DNA of 64,000 nucleotides from assembly GCF_003918875.1 (NCBI RefSeq), contig NW_025766970.1, positions 744,001 through 808,000 on the forward strand. The letters are read 5' to 3'. Shown one piece after another: positions 12,188 through 26,600 of the stretch; the stretch's first letter is position 1, and each line of letters opens with the position of its first letter. The stretch is from Haliotis rubra. Its lineage: Eukaryota. A program made the position numbers and the translations under genes. Under the pieces are notes generated by a model. The model saw nothing but the letters and a program-made list of their open reading frames with translations. It made no database searches and had not been told where the DNA came from.

Positions 12188-15100
12188 ATGGCGGCTGAAA
12201 TGGAATCAGTTGTATGGAAATTCATTTGGACGGTCATTTATGTGACAGCATTAGCAGCATATTCTGGAAGAGGTAATATTTCTGTCATAGAACACTCTTT
12301 GATTTCAAGCCTTCGATATTATTTAGGCTGTGTCGTATACGTGATGTCTGGCAACAACCATTTTAACTTTGGATTCAGTTCAAGAAATACAATTTAGCCA
12401 ACAAAATAAGAAATACGAACATCAAATGAATGTGTTAAAATTAATATTTATGAAGTATGTACAGGAATGATAGAGCATTGTAAATTGGTAAAGGAACTAA
12501 GAGCATTGCCTTTTTGTTGAGTGATGATTAAATTGTTATTGTGCCTCATTATTTCAAAACCGGCACAGGCAGATAGAGGTGTGTACATCCATACGTCAAA
12601 ACCAATTAAACGACCCATTTACCAGTAGCTTCAGTTTTCTCGGTTTACTATATAAATCTGTTCTTCTGAATTCTCCTTATACCTCTATGATCCCCAGGGA
12701 CCACGGCGCAAAAGCCATTTGCCTTTGCCAGTTACTATGGTAACCACATGGTTCTTCAAAAGGCTCCCCAAAGGACAACTATATGGGGCTATGCTGCAAA
12801 GGAAGGGGAGACAATCACATTGAGCATTAGCGGTAAGGGTCAGGTGACTACAACGTCCTTTATAGGACCTATGGTATCAATGCCTGTGTGGTCAGTTCAA
12901 CTTCCTGCCATTGATGCCGGGGGCCCTTACAACATCACAGCGACATCTAGCGAGGGCAGCATCAACCTAACAGATGTGTTGTTTGGGGATGTCTGGATAT
13001 GTTCAGGTCAGAGCAACATGCAGTTTACAGTCTCCATGGTAAGTTGCCTCAACATAGAGTAGTCTTGCTTTAAATGGAACACGGTGTTGCGGTGTTGATG
13101 TCTGGCTGCTTCCTACTCACATAAGCACCGTGTGTGCTTATAATTAGCAAGTGTCTCTTCTTCTAATGAAATTCCTGCAGTTAATTCTGAAACATGAACG
13201 AACGATTCGAGTTATAGTTTAGTTGGGTCTTGTGGTGCTGTCACAACCAACAGTTCTCCTAAGCGTAAAACCCAGAATGGCCTGCAGCCAACTGGTCTAA
13301 CTACAGCTAACTGTTACTGATGTCTTCTGAGTGGGGGTCATCTCTAATATGTTCTACCCAAGTGTTAAAGGTTTTTTAAAAGAACTAGTGTCATTTTGGG
13401 CTCCAATCACACTATTAGCTCACTCTCCTGTTCTAAGTGACCCAAATACAACTCTTTCACCCCTCTCTTAGAGTTTCGGTTCTAAATCAGTTGTTTATAT
13501 TGCTTCTCCAGGGTCTTAATGCCTCGGAAGAAGAGTTAGATGCAGCTAACCATCCCAACATCCGGGTATTTACAGTTGCCCTGGGAGGGTCTCCTTTTGA
13601 TGAATATGATCTGTTGGGTATCAGTGAACCCTGGTCTGTTCCTAGTGCAGGTACACACATGACATTGAGATTTCTTACGCTTACTCAATATATCAACATT
13701 ATTTAAACGTTCTCTTGATGCTCACAACATGATGCTTCTGTGACATGATTTATAACGTTTACAACGAACAATAACAATATGACGGACATAACGAACTGGG
13801 ATTTTTTGGTCGAAAAACGTACAACGAGCTACGGTTATAACGAACTAAAACATCTGGTCCCTTGAGGTCGTCATAATCGTATTTCTAATAAATGTCAATA
13901 TTTTACACGAATCGTGTTCTTCTCTGTTGCTCGTCGATTATTCCTCCATCATTCTGACGAGTATATCTCCGAAGTTCAATTTTTATTTTCTCTCTCTTTT
14001 CATCTTGCTTCATCAAGACAGCATTGGTGGCTCCCCTTGGTCGTACTTTTCGGCAGTCTGTTGGTTATATGGCAAGTACCTGTCGTCGCATCTCAAATAC
14101 CCCATCGGCCTCATAGCATCATCATACGGAGGAACCCGAGTGGAGGCGTGGTCAGCTCCCAGTGTTCTCAAGAAATGTGATATAACCGATGTAGCCGACG
14201 TAAACGATGCTACAGATGTTTCTGGTGTTGATCCAAATGCTGCTTCTGTTTTGTGGAACGCCATGATACGACCGTTCCTGAACATGACCATATATGGAGC
14301 CATATGGTATCAAGGTGAAGGTCCGGGTTAGAATATTGATCTTCAGTAAACCATGCTTGTCGTAAGAGGCGACTAACGGGATCGGGTGGTCAGGCTCGCT
14401 GACTTGGTTGACACATGTCATCGGTTCCCATCGGATCGATGCTCAGGCTGTTGATCACTGGATTGTCTGGTCCAGACTCGATTATTTACAGACCGCCGCC
14501 ATAAAGCTGGAATATTGCTGAGTGCGGCGTAAAACTAAACTCACTCACTCACTCACTCAAGGTTAAACGACATCAAACCTGTCTTTTTTAGATATATTTA
14601 TCCTCCAAAATGCTAAACCTCAAAATCGAGTTCAAGAGCAGAAATTTTCAAAATAGAAACGTAAACGAGATGAGTCGATCTGTGTGTCATGCAGCATTCA
14701 ATACACATACAATATTTTGCATTTAATGTTGTTTGTAACATGTACCACAATGTAATGAGCAATCATGAGTAGTGACAATAACTATAAAAGATCAAACGTA
14801 AATCAGCAGGTCGTCAAATTTTTCCCCTCTAATTGGAAGAGGGAATGGTGCGACTGAATACTTCCAATCGCTACATCGTCATAGTAACAGTATGGATGTA
14901 CACACCTCTATCTGCCAGTGCCCACAAACTAACAGTCACACACAGCACCATATCTGGTGTATGGGATCGGTATACCCTCCTCAGTTCAACACAAGAGTGT
15001 ATACGTGTGTCTTTGAACTGGCTTAATCTCATGTGTAACACATGCAAGAAACACACCGTCGATGACAACCAACTCTATTCCTAAAACAGTCCTAACAATA

Positions 15101-18100
15101 TGTGTTCCAGGCGAGTCCAATGCGACACCACCCACAACAATGAACCAGTACAACTGTACGTTCCCCGCCATGATTGATGACTGGAGAGACAGGTTCCATG
15201 ACGGCTCCCTTGGTCAAACCGATCCACTGTTCCCGTTTGGATTTGTACAGGTTAGGCTATTCCTTTGTCTTCATATTTATGCAATGATGCTATCTTCTAG
15301 GAATTGTACATCAGGAAATGAATGTTTTTTTCCAGGCATCCACCCTCATAATTCCCGACAAAAGAATTAGAGTTAAATGTTGGCAATACCGGAAATATTT
15401 CCTCTTATCCGATCAGAAAGGTCCAGTTTAACCGTCTTTCTGATGAACTGTATAGTTCCGCACAGGAATAAAATGAATGCCCTTCACCGCTTTTAAACAT
15501 GAGATGATTTATCGTGATGTTACAAGTGTAAATTGGTAAGAAATGTTAAATGAAGAAAACAACCTGTCCCTTACATTAATAACACACTCATACATTCATA
15601 AGAAATATTTTCAGTCATACATCTGTGTGTACCGATATCACCTGTTATGTTACAACGCTTATCGGAAAGTGACCATTTTGGTCATTTACTTAAAATGATA
15701 TGAAGGCAAGAATTTTATGGATGTCAACTTCTTTATTTTGACAATACAGAAGCTGAAATCCATAAATTCTTGCCTTTATATGTATCACTTCTAAATGCCA
15801 TTCAGAGACTCAAATGATATGCAAATTATACATCCTTTGTTTACAAAGAAATACAGGGTCGGAATTGTTTGTTGGCTTTTCAGTCAGAATTTATCAAAGG
15901 GGATTTGGATAATTTCTGAGAGTGTTAGCACTATCCAATTAAGTGTTCACAATAGTGATAGGCAGTGTCTGACATGGCCATTGGATGGTGAAATGATTTG
16001 CAAAACCAAGCTGCCAACACACCTCTGCATCTTATGGTATTTTCTCGAATGTACAGCAGATCGTGCATCACACTTACCAAATGGGCAGAAGGTGTCCGAC
16101 ATTTACTCCTTATTTCCCTTTAATTTATTGCTGCGTGGAACATCTGACTGCAGTTTGTAACGTTGGGACTGATAAACAAAGTGACATCTTCGGACAAGGG
16201 TAGCTTCCATGTAACACAGGACTATAACGGGGTGACTGGTGGATTGGTAATAGGATCATGAAACGGAATTATAAAGCGTTTGTGACTAGTGTTTAAGAAT
16301 TATATTATATGAGGCTAACGCCTTTGTGTGTCGTGGTAAATATTCTGTATCAGACACCACTCGCTAAATGTAATATTAAACATAATGTCCACGTGAATGT
16401 GTATTCACTCACTCACTCCTTCCTTCCATTTTCTGTATGTGATTTTACCCTGAAATATGGGGATAAATTCTGAATTGTTTGCAGCTTGCTCCATGGAGAA
16501 ACACTGACGTCATTACAACAGGTTTCACAGACATTCGGTGGCACCAGACAGCTGACTACGGCTTCGTCCCTAACGCACGGATGAAGAACACCTTCATGGC
16601 AGTGGCCATGGACCTGCCGGATTTCTCGTCTCCTTGGCAAAGGTATCAGAAATAGTTTGTTTGTTGTTTAAAGCCACACTCTGACGGCGGTCTGTAAATA
16701 ATCGAGTCCGGACCAGACAATCCAGTGATCAACATCATGAACATCGATCTACGCAATATGGTTACGATGACATTTGTCAACCAAGTCAGTGAACCTGACC
16801 ACCTGATCCCGTTAGTAGCCTCTTACGATCCTGATCTTCACGGGTTTTTCAGAATAATTTAAAACCAAAATGACTTTGGTCTTTGATTTGTCCCTGCCAA
16901 TCTTTCTGGAAGTCTCTTTACACATATCTCTTGGGAATGAGACTTTACATGTAACAAACATGTACTTTCAGTATCCATCCCCGGGACAAGCAGGATGTGT
17001 CTATGCGTCTGTGTACAGCTGGACTTGCTGTGGCCTACAACCAAACTCAATACTCCACCCTCAGTGGTCCCTACCCTTCTAGTTTTACTATCTTGGCGCA
17101 GGAAGAATCCGTACAGATAACATATGACAAGGTTCTGGAAATTAGATCGAAATCAGGCTTTGAGGTCAGTGGCCATTGCTACTGCTATGTTTAAAAGTTG
17201 TGTCAACAAAACAATTGTTATGTTCTTTCTTCTATTTCCGTTGAGATTTTCTTTAGTTCTTATGTCGCTGGTCGTAGGTTTTTCCAGGGGTAGATAGCGT
17301 GAGTTTTTGTGCACTGTATAATGAAATGGAATCTTTAGTAAAATAGCATGTATTTCTGGTGACAAAGATGAGTGGCAGTATACATTATATCGGTTACGTT
17401 GTCAGTTTATTGCAAATATGTATCATTATTTAATTATTTAATATGACCGTGTATTGTTCAAATGATCTTAAAGGTTTTAGACATTTCGACTCCAAAGGCA
17501 ATATCTATGCACACACATTTAGATCGAAATAGAATCTGTTGTATGAAAACTCCGAGTTAAGATATTTTGAAATCATGGAAAGATGTGTAATAATGTTATA
17601 TGCAGTATCCGACAGCTTTTAGTTATTCAAAACTTAACTGACCCCTCTTCCAATTAAATTTTGCAAGGTTTTTCTTGCTAATGATCAAGTGTAGCAAATA
17701 TATATGAGCGGAGAAGTGCATTTCCTCAAACTCCAGAGACCATTTAACTCATTTTTCGAGCAAATCCGTGACTTACGAAGATTTTGTTACCACGTGTTTG
17801 TTCTGTTTTGATCTGTATACCCTGAAAATAAACTTGGGTCAATGACTGCAAATGTTTAGATATTTAAAGTGACAATCGCTCAAATCAGCTCGCGAAAGGT
17901 GAAGGATAAACTGTTCTAATCCAAGACCTTATGATTCTGTTTATTGTTTTTCTTTGCCTTCAGGTGACATGTGTCCCCGCCAACAGTTCATCAGGACCAC
18001 ATGACAATTCAGTGTGGTTCCCCTTGCCTATGACGTCACATGATAACACATCAGTTACCCTTAACTACAGCCAACTATGTCTTCGGTCTAGAGACATGGT

Positions 18101-18218
18101 GGTGTCTGCCATACGTTATGCCTGGCGAGAGTCGCCGTGTCCCTTTAAACAGTGTGCGGTCTACAACAAGGATAGTGGCTACCCTGGGCCACCATTCATT
18201 CGATTTGTTAGGCAATAA
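12188..18218 (+). CDS. SIAE: SIAE-like sialate O-acetylesterase, copy 2 (8 exons, apparently intact)
   Basis: Exons 12188-12272, 12698-13038, 13512-13650, 14018-14314, 15111-15250, 16485-16642, 16972-17164, 17964-18218; signal peptide, GQSNM, YGGT, WYQGESN, DL...IHP, RYAW motifs; GT-AG, phases consistent. Confidence 0.93.
14316..14556 (+). mobile_element. SINE family A inserted at exon-4 donor of copy 2
   Basis: Family match; TSD tcaaggt spans the splice donor. Confidence 0.85.
16655..16845 (-). mobile_element. SINE family A, antisense, start of intron 6 of copy 2
   Basis: Reverse complement of family; approximate TSD tcagaaatagttt/tcagaataattt; absent at the equivalent site in copy 3. Confidence 0.8.
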
Positions 18219-19151
18219 GATGAGAAGTATTAAAATTCTGAAATAAAACGGATACAAAATAAATGTTATGTTTGATTTTGAGTATCATCTTGAGACATCC
18301 GTAAGGCCATCTTGGTAATGAAGATGAGCCATTCTTTTAAAGACGTTAACCAAACAATGTTAATTATATACTGCCAACTTTAAACATAGGCCTGTGAGAA
18401 CTGCATCTGAATTGTGCTAAGACTTTGATAATCTTTTGAAATTGTAAACGTTGTGTCAATCTTGGATGTCTTGAAGCAAAAGTTCGGTCTCTACGGGTCC
18501 CTTTATGCATCAGTTTCGCTTATGAAATGTTTACTTCAACTTCGACTGTAGGATTCTGGGGACATATATGTCTTAAAAAAAGCTTGCAATACGTCGATCT
18601 TTCTGAAATGATTTTTTTGCAAGTAGATACCCTTAAATTTACCGTACAGAAAATACAAACGAATCAGGAGTATTTTGTACTCACCGATTATGCTAATTAT
18701 GTGCATTTCGGCATATGTTGAATGAGGATTTAAATCAAATGCCCAGAGATGAAATCCATTTTTTTCATGCAATAAACGCGTTCGATTTTCTTGGTAATAT
18801 ATCGAGAGATTTTTCAAGATTACGCCAAATGCAAACATAGGTGAGAATCAGACAAATTCACTGTTGAACATTTCACAGTGTACACTGTAATAACTCAGAT
18901 GCAGTTGTACGGTGCAAAACCAAACTCACGAACTCGTGGACTTCGTGTGAATCACAATTCAAGCCTGTATACATTCCTTTTACAGGGTCCGTAAATACCA
19001 TTTGGAAATGTTAAGTGCCACGACACTGCATTTGCTGTGCAAAACCCAAATCACGAATTCCTGGACTTAACATCTCCAAATGGTATTTACGGACCCTGTA
19101 AAAGGAATGAAGACAGGCTTGAGTTGTGATTTACAACTTTGTTGTCATTGC

Positions 19152-19353
19152 GTGAGACGTTCTGGTACAGATATCATTCCGTGAGACGTTCTGGTACAGA
19201 TTTCATGCCGTGAGACGTTCTGGTACAGATTTCATTCCGTGAGACGTTCTGGTACAGATTTCATTCCGTGAGACGTTCTGGTACAGATTTCATTCCGTGA
19301 GACGTTCTGGTACAGATTTCATTCCGTGAGACGTTCTGGTACAGATTTCATTC
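19152..19353. repeat. 29-bp tandem repeat x7
   Basis: gtgagacgttctggtacagatttcattcc; two copies of the reverse complement at ~8175-8232. Confidence 0.9.
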
Positions 19354-20640
19354 ATATGACCAGACATCCTAAACGTTCTGGTCAGAATTATTGACCACAT
19401 CTAAATTCAGAATTATTACACTGTACACTGTAAAACATTGTCTGTTTCCCAAGATCATGATCAACATGTAGCTGGCGTATTTTTGCAAAGGCCGTAGGAT
19501 GACTATATTTCAATCAGTCAGTTATCAAGCTTTGTTTAAAAAATATAAAATACGTCTTGAGAGATTACTAAGCAAATCGATTATATGTTTATTGTGCGAA
19601 AACACAGATTTCATGTCTGGGCATATGATTTACATCCGCAGTTTTTCATGTCAGAAAAATGGACGTATTTTAAGCTTCTGGAGACACATATTTCCACGGA
19701 ATCCTACAGTCAAACACTGTGTCGAAGTTGGAGTCAATACTTCAGGTGCCAGAGGCACAACTGGGTGAGGGTTGTGTTATGAACTCAACTTTCACTTGCG
19801 ACTGATGCTGGCAGTTTGCAAGGACATGGTCAGATGGATAATCACTGGGTTGAAACTTGGCAATGATAAGCTGTGGGAGTTAGGTAGTATTGTCTGAAGT
19901 GATCAGCCCAAGTATTTTTTCAGTTACCACAAAGCCACACTTATTTTGTTTCAAGTGACTACAGTGGTTTTAAATGTCAGCAGAATAACCCCCACTCCGT
20001 ATCCAATAAGCTGTTCGGCAAATACCTACCAGCTCTGCTGTTAACCCACTAGCGTGATCCCAGTAAACGGGGGGGAAGGTACGACATTCTTGATGCAAAT
20101 GCCGTACGAGACTCTCACCTATCACATCACCTGAACAAATTAGCCCCTGCTTGGATATTTACATCACCCATAGGCACCTTATCCTCAACGAACTTATTTC
20201 GGCAAGACGGGAAATAAATACGTATAAAACCGGTATCCTCGTTTCTGTCATTGCTTATAATTTATGTTATAAAATTATTTTGCTTGTCTATCGTTATAGT
20301 CAATCGAGTTACCACTGCTCCTAAATATATGCTTTTGATTCCATGCATTGTCTTGGATCTGAGCGACCACGACTATAAATTTCACACAGCATCGTTACTG
20401 AAATACCGTTCGTTTACTATCAGGTAAATTCTGGATGTGGTCTCCACATTAGTTTGTTATTCAGTATATTTGCCATATTCAACAGAACAGTCGATGGTCG
20501 AAGAACTATAATTCTATTTTTTAACTTTCTGAAAGGAAGTGTCACCCTACAACACTTATCTGCGATGATAAGGACAAAGTTCAGGCTGAAGGAGATAAGG
20601 CAGCGATCGATCACACCGTGTAGCTCGTGTAGTCTTGTAG

Positions 20641-23600
20641 ATGGCGGCTGAAATGGAATCAGTTGTACGGAAATTCATTTGGACCTTAATTTATGTGACA
20701 GCATTAGCAGCATATTCAGGAAGAGGTAATATTTAATGTTTTATAGAGCCTTCTGTGACTGCATCATATACAACATGTTTGACAACACACTGTGACTTCA
20801 AAGGTTTCATATTATTAAGTCTGTATCGTATGAAGGATGTATAACAACAACCATTTTAACTTTGAATTCATTTTAAAAATTACAACTGTGCCCCCGCATT
20901 AACTAGAAATACAAATGCTGAGTTGTTGGATTAAAATACATGTATGCAGTACTGGTACATGGAACAATGAATGTACCGGCCCACTAGAGCATTGTAAACC
21001 CTGTTAAACAGCCCATCTGTTGGTAGATTCAGATGTCTTGATTTACCATACAGATGTATTGTCCTTCACATCTCTTTTCCTCTTCAAATATCTGAGATTT
21101 TTGTTTCAGGGACCACGGCGCAAAAGCCATTTGCCTTTGCCAGTTACTATGGTAACCACATGGTTCTTCAAAAAGCTCCTCAAAAGACGAACATTTGGGG
21201 CTATGCTGCAAAGGAAGGGGAGTCAATCACTTTAAGCATTAGCGGTAAGGGTCAGGTGACTACAACGTCTTTTATTGGACCTATACCATCAACTCCTGTG
21301 TGGTCAGTTCAACTTCCTGCCATTGATGCTGGGGGCCCTTACAACATAACAGCGACATCTAGCGAGGGCAGCATCAACCTAACAGACGTGTTGTTTGGGG
21401 ATGTCTGGATATGTTCGGGTCAGAGCAACATGCAGTTTACAGTTTCCATGGTAAGTTGCATCAACATAGATATCGAATAGTAGTCTTGATTTACATGGAC
21501 TGCAGTCTGCCTGCTTCCTACTTCAACGAAATATCAACATGGACTAAATTCCTGGTCATAATGGAGACATCCTCCCATCTAACACACAACGTTTTCGCAA
21601 CGTTGTGGATTGGTAATGTCATGACACACTGTTGTCACAACATTAGTATTACGTCATTTTACAACGTTATGTCACAACGTAATACCAACGTTATAAATTT
21701 ACGTTGAGGAAACGTTATGCTTTGGGCTCCTCACAACGTCATAACAACGTTATAACAACGTTTCGTATAACTTGGTGTCACAGAGTTTTCTGTAAAACTT
21801 TTCACTTTGAGATTCTTTCTTCACTATTCAGCTACAGCTTCAGAAAACACACGACTAAAACAACATGCAAATTGACGAATAAACGTTGAAGTGAATTTCT
21901 GCTTTGTTTCCTAGTACTGTTAACTCCTGGGGAAACTAGTCAACTATTACCGTTAAATAGAAGGTTAAAGACAACGTAATAAACCTTAGCATCAAATAAC
22001 TTAACCTGATAGAGACGTAAAAATGACGTATCAAAACGTCAGGCCACAACGTTGTGACAACGTAAATGGGAGTCGACAGAATAACGTTGTAACAAGTACT
22101 AACAACGAAAGCATAATGTTGTGAACGTGTGAGCTGTGTTGGTCTCCGATCCTGAGACAGAGTTGCTATCCCTTTGTGCTTATAATCAACAAGTCTTTCT
22201 TTTACTTATGAAATTACTGCAGGTAGTTCTGAAACATGAATCAACGATTCGAGTAATAGTTTACAGTTGGGTCATATTAATTTTATATTAATTTGCCATA
22301 GCCCTTGTTCTCCAAACCCCTAAATCAGACTGACCTGTAACCGATGACTCTAGCTACAGCTAACTATTACTGATGTCTTGTGAGTGTGGATCAGCTCTAG
22401 GTGGTTGTAGCTGTTGTGTAAATCAGTTGCTTCTGACAGGCTTTGAACGCCACGGAAGAGGAGTTCGATGCATCTAACCATCCCAACATCCGGGTATTTA
22501 CAGTTGCCCTGGGAGGGTCGCCTTTTGAAGAATATGACTTGTTGGGTATCAGTGAACCCTGGTCTGTTCCTAATGCAGGTACACAAATGACATTGAGATT
22601 TCTTACGCATACTCAATATATCAACATTATTTAAACGTTCTCTTGATGCTCACAACACATTCATCTGTGACATTTTTTTACCACGTTCCTAACGAAAACG
22701 TTTTTTACGACCTCTGGTGGACATAACGAACTGTTTTTGGTCGTAACGAACTACAGTCATGACGAACTAAAACACGTGATTGTGATCCCTTTGAGGCCGT
22801 CATATTCGTATTTCCAATTGATGTCAATATTTTACATCTGTCGAGTTCTCTTCTGTTGTTCCTAGATTATGTCTCCTAAGTTCAAACACTTATTTATTTC
22901 TCTCTCGTCATCTTGCTTCATCAAGATAGCATTGGTGGCTCCCCTTGGTCGTACTTTTCGGCAGTGTGTTGGTTATATGGCAAGTACCTGTCGTCGCATC
23001 TCAAATACCCCATCGGCCTCATAGCATCATCATACGAAGGAACCCGAGTGGAGGCGTGGTCAGCTCCCAATGTTCTCAAGAAATGTGGTGTAACCGATGT
23101 AGCCGACATAAACGATGGTAGTGATGTTTCTGGTGTTGATCCAAATGCTGCCTCTGTCTTGTGGAATGCCATGATACGACCGTTCCTGAACATGACCATA
23201 TATGGAGCCATATGGTATCAAGGTCAGAGAAAAACGATTTCAAAGTTATCAAGGTTAGCCTATAAGTTTCCTTTTTGAAAGGTGTATATTCATGTCTTTA
23301 AATTAACTAAATCTCAACTACAGCATATGCAAGAAACACATGGGCAGTTTCATATGCACCGTCCACTACAATCGGCTCTGTTTCTAAAAGAGTCCTATAA
23401 ATATGTGTTCCAGGTGAGTCCAATGCTGCACCATCCAAGACAATGAACCAGTACAACTGTACGTTCCCCGCCATGATTGATGACTGGAGAGACAGATTCC
23501 ATGACGGCTCCCTTGGTGAAAGCGACCCACTGTTCCCGTTTGGATTTGTACAGGTTAGGGTATCTTCTTTGTCTTCCATATATTTTTGTACATCATGACA

Positions 23601-26600
23601 TGAATGTAACAAGAAGAATGTATGTTTCCAAGCATCGACGCTTAATATAATTCCCAGTCAGAGAAACCACTGGGCCCACTTCGGGTCAATGTTGGCAATG
23701 CTGAGTAATATTTCCTCAGAAAGGCCTCATTTAACCGTCTTTCAATAAATTGTACGCTGGAACAAAGTGAATGCCCTTCGCCATTTATAACACATGAAAT
23801 GATTTATCATGAAGTTATGCCATGCTTAAAACATATTGCTAAACAGACACTGTGCTCCGCTATCATTCATAAGAAATATTATATTTTGGGTGGCACTTGT
23901 CTATTGGCTTTCGTGCAAGAATTTGTTATAAGGGATCTAGACCAAAATCAAACTCTGCTGCTTGTAGTCTGTTCTCTGATCTAACGCAGTTTACTTTTTC
24001 TTGCAAGCATGGCGTCTGAAAACAAACTTTGAAACCGTTACTTAAGGGGAAAATCGTGTATCACAATCAAATGAACCGGCATTAACACCGCTTTTCTATT
24101 TATTTTTTTGCATATGACTGTAGTGACCAGGTAGACTAATAAATCAAGTGACGTCTTCCGATAAGGGTAGCGTAAAAAAGGACAACAACTCGCGCCACTG
24201 TCTAAAAATAATCATGTATGTAACATGTTAGAGAAACCTAATTACAAACCGTTTATGACTATTGTATCTAAGAATGACATCATATTATGATGTCAACGCT
24301 CTTGCGTGTGTAAAATCCTGTATAAGACACTCTCGATAAATGCATTGTTAAACGTAATGTCCATGTGAAATGTGTATTCACTCACTCGTTCCTTCTTCCT
24401 CAGCTTGCTCCATTTAGAGACAATGACACCATTACTACAGGCTACACAGACATTCGGTGGCACCAGACAGCTGACTATGGCTATGTCCCTAACGACAGAA
24501 TGAAGAACACCTTCATGTCGGTGGCCATGGACCTGCCGGATTTCTCGTCTCCTTGGCAAATGTATCAGAAATAGTTTAAACCCAGTATAGCACGTTTTTA
24601 AAAAGGAGAAATGCAAAACAACATATAATCAACATTATTTTACAACCGTTACTTCATTCTCTGTAAGCAAACCCACAGGCAATTTTGACTCGTCCCTGCC
24701 AGTCCTTGTGGAAGTTTCTTTGGCCATATCTTCTAGGAATGGGACTTTACATGTAACAATCAGAAAAAATACTGTGTGGTGTTCCATATACTTTCAGTAT
24801 CCATCCCCGGGACAAGCAGGATGTGTCTATGCGTCTGTGTACAGCTGGACTTGCTGTGGCCTACAACCAAACTCAGTACTCCACCCTCAATGGCCCCTAC
24901 CCTTCTAGTGTTACTGTGGGGGAAGATGGAACCGTACAGATAACATATGACAAGGTTCTGGAAATTAGATCGAAATCAGGCTTTGAGGTCAGTGGCCATT
25001 GCTACTTCATATGTTTAAAAGTTTTACTCAACAAAGCAGTTGTTACTTTCTTGCTTCTATATCCTTTGAGACGATCTGATTTTTGTTGAAGAGTGTTTTG
25101 TCAGAGGGGAGATGGTTCCTCACGTCGTGAGTATTTAATGCACAGCATAACGAAGGGGAATCCTTAGTAACATAGCATGCATTTATCATTAAGTGACAAA
25201 CATGAGTGGCGGTATATATCACATCGGTTAAAGTGGTGAGAGTATTATGCCATCAGTTTATGGCAAATATGTAAAATTCTGTCATTATTTAATATGTCTA
25301 TGTATTTTCCAAATGAACTTAAAGGTACACAAAATGTTTAGACATGTCCTCTCTAAAGGCAATGTTTATGCAGAAACATTAACATTGATATAGAATCTGT
25401 TGTAGGAAAACGACGACAAAAGATATTGGTTCTTAGCTTGCAGGTGTGAAAGTTATGGAAAGTCACTGTATCTAAGGTGATGCTGGTAACGCACGTTACC
25501 AACATCACAACATGGCGGCAGACAAGATCGCTTGGCGATTATTCCCTTCGAATAAGCAGTCTTCCACGTGTATACAATCAACATTAGTTAGCACACTGAT
25601 AAACTTTGATGGTGCGAATGCATTGAATGCACTGAATTTGCTTATTAATGTCTATGTGTTGAAAAATAAGCATTTTTAAAATGGCGCGAGGATGTCGGTA
25701 ACTCAAAGTCTGGATGTCGGTAACGTGCAATGAATGATGCTGGTAACACATACTGTCCTGCTTTAGTCGGTAAACAGAAATTGTCGGTAAATAGACATAC
25801 ACAGGAGATACTAATATCAGTTCTTATGTTTTACACAGATGTGTACTGCTGCGTAGATACATTAACAGTATGAGCGACTTTTTCTGTGCACCGGTGTGTT
25901 TATTAATAATAGGGTCCTGAGGTCACGGAGAAACATGAAGGTATATGTCAACACTTTTACACTGAAACAAATAACCAAAGAAATACTGGCAAAATATGCA
26001 GTCCCTAAAGTTAGGTTGACAGACCATATAACTTTATAAATTCAGCCCTACCCAATAAACGCACGCTGTAAAATGTACTTTAAACGTCAACATTGCAACG
26101 AAATCAACATGTCAAATATGTCCGAATTGAGGAGGGACAGAGAAAGAGCTCTCAGCGTAATGGACAATGGGCACACACATCTAAATCCGTTCAAGTTCAA
26201 CGAAACGCCACATAAATAGTGTGATTAAACACACCCTGCTTCAAGGCAAGCAACAACTCTCCAGTGCACAGAAAAAGTCGCCCATACTGTTAATGTAGCA
26301 GCAGTACACATCTGTGTAAAACATAAGAACTGATATTAGTATCTAGGGGTGGGCGATAATACCGGTTAACCGGTATATTGCAATTCGAACTTCACAATAC
26401 AATATATTGCGGTACACTTTTTAGCGAACCGGTTCACCCGATACGATCGGTAATTTCCGTGACCATCATCGGTAATTTTCCTGATGATGTATATCCTTAA
26501 TATTATTATACATTAATAGTTTTGAGAGTGTTTATTGGCCATATAATTGCATTTGCGTGACTTTTAAAGCATATAGATTGGTACCGGCATTCGTTGATAA

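Noticed and set aside
14013-14303. Recurrent antisense ORF opposite exon 4 (also 22921, 43376, 50179)
   Set aside because: Shadow of near-identical sense exons; no independent evidence.
25508-25519. caacatggcggc as a ProtoRAG-type TIR element
   Set aside because: Orientation and spacing differ from what I recall for ProtoRAG; generic YY1-like motif.
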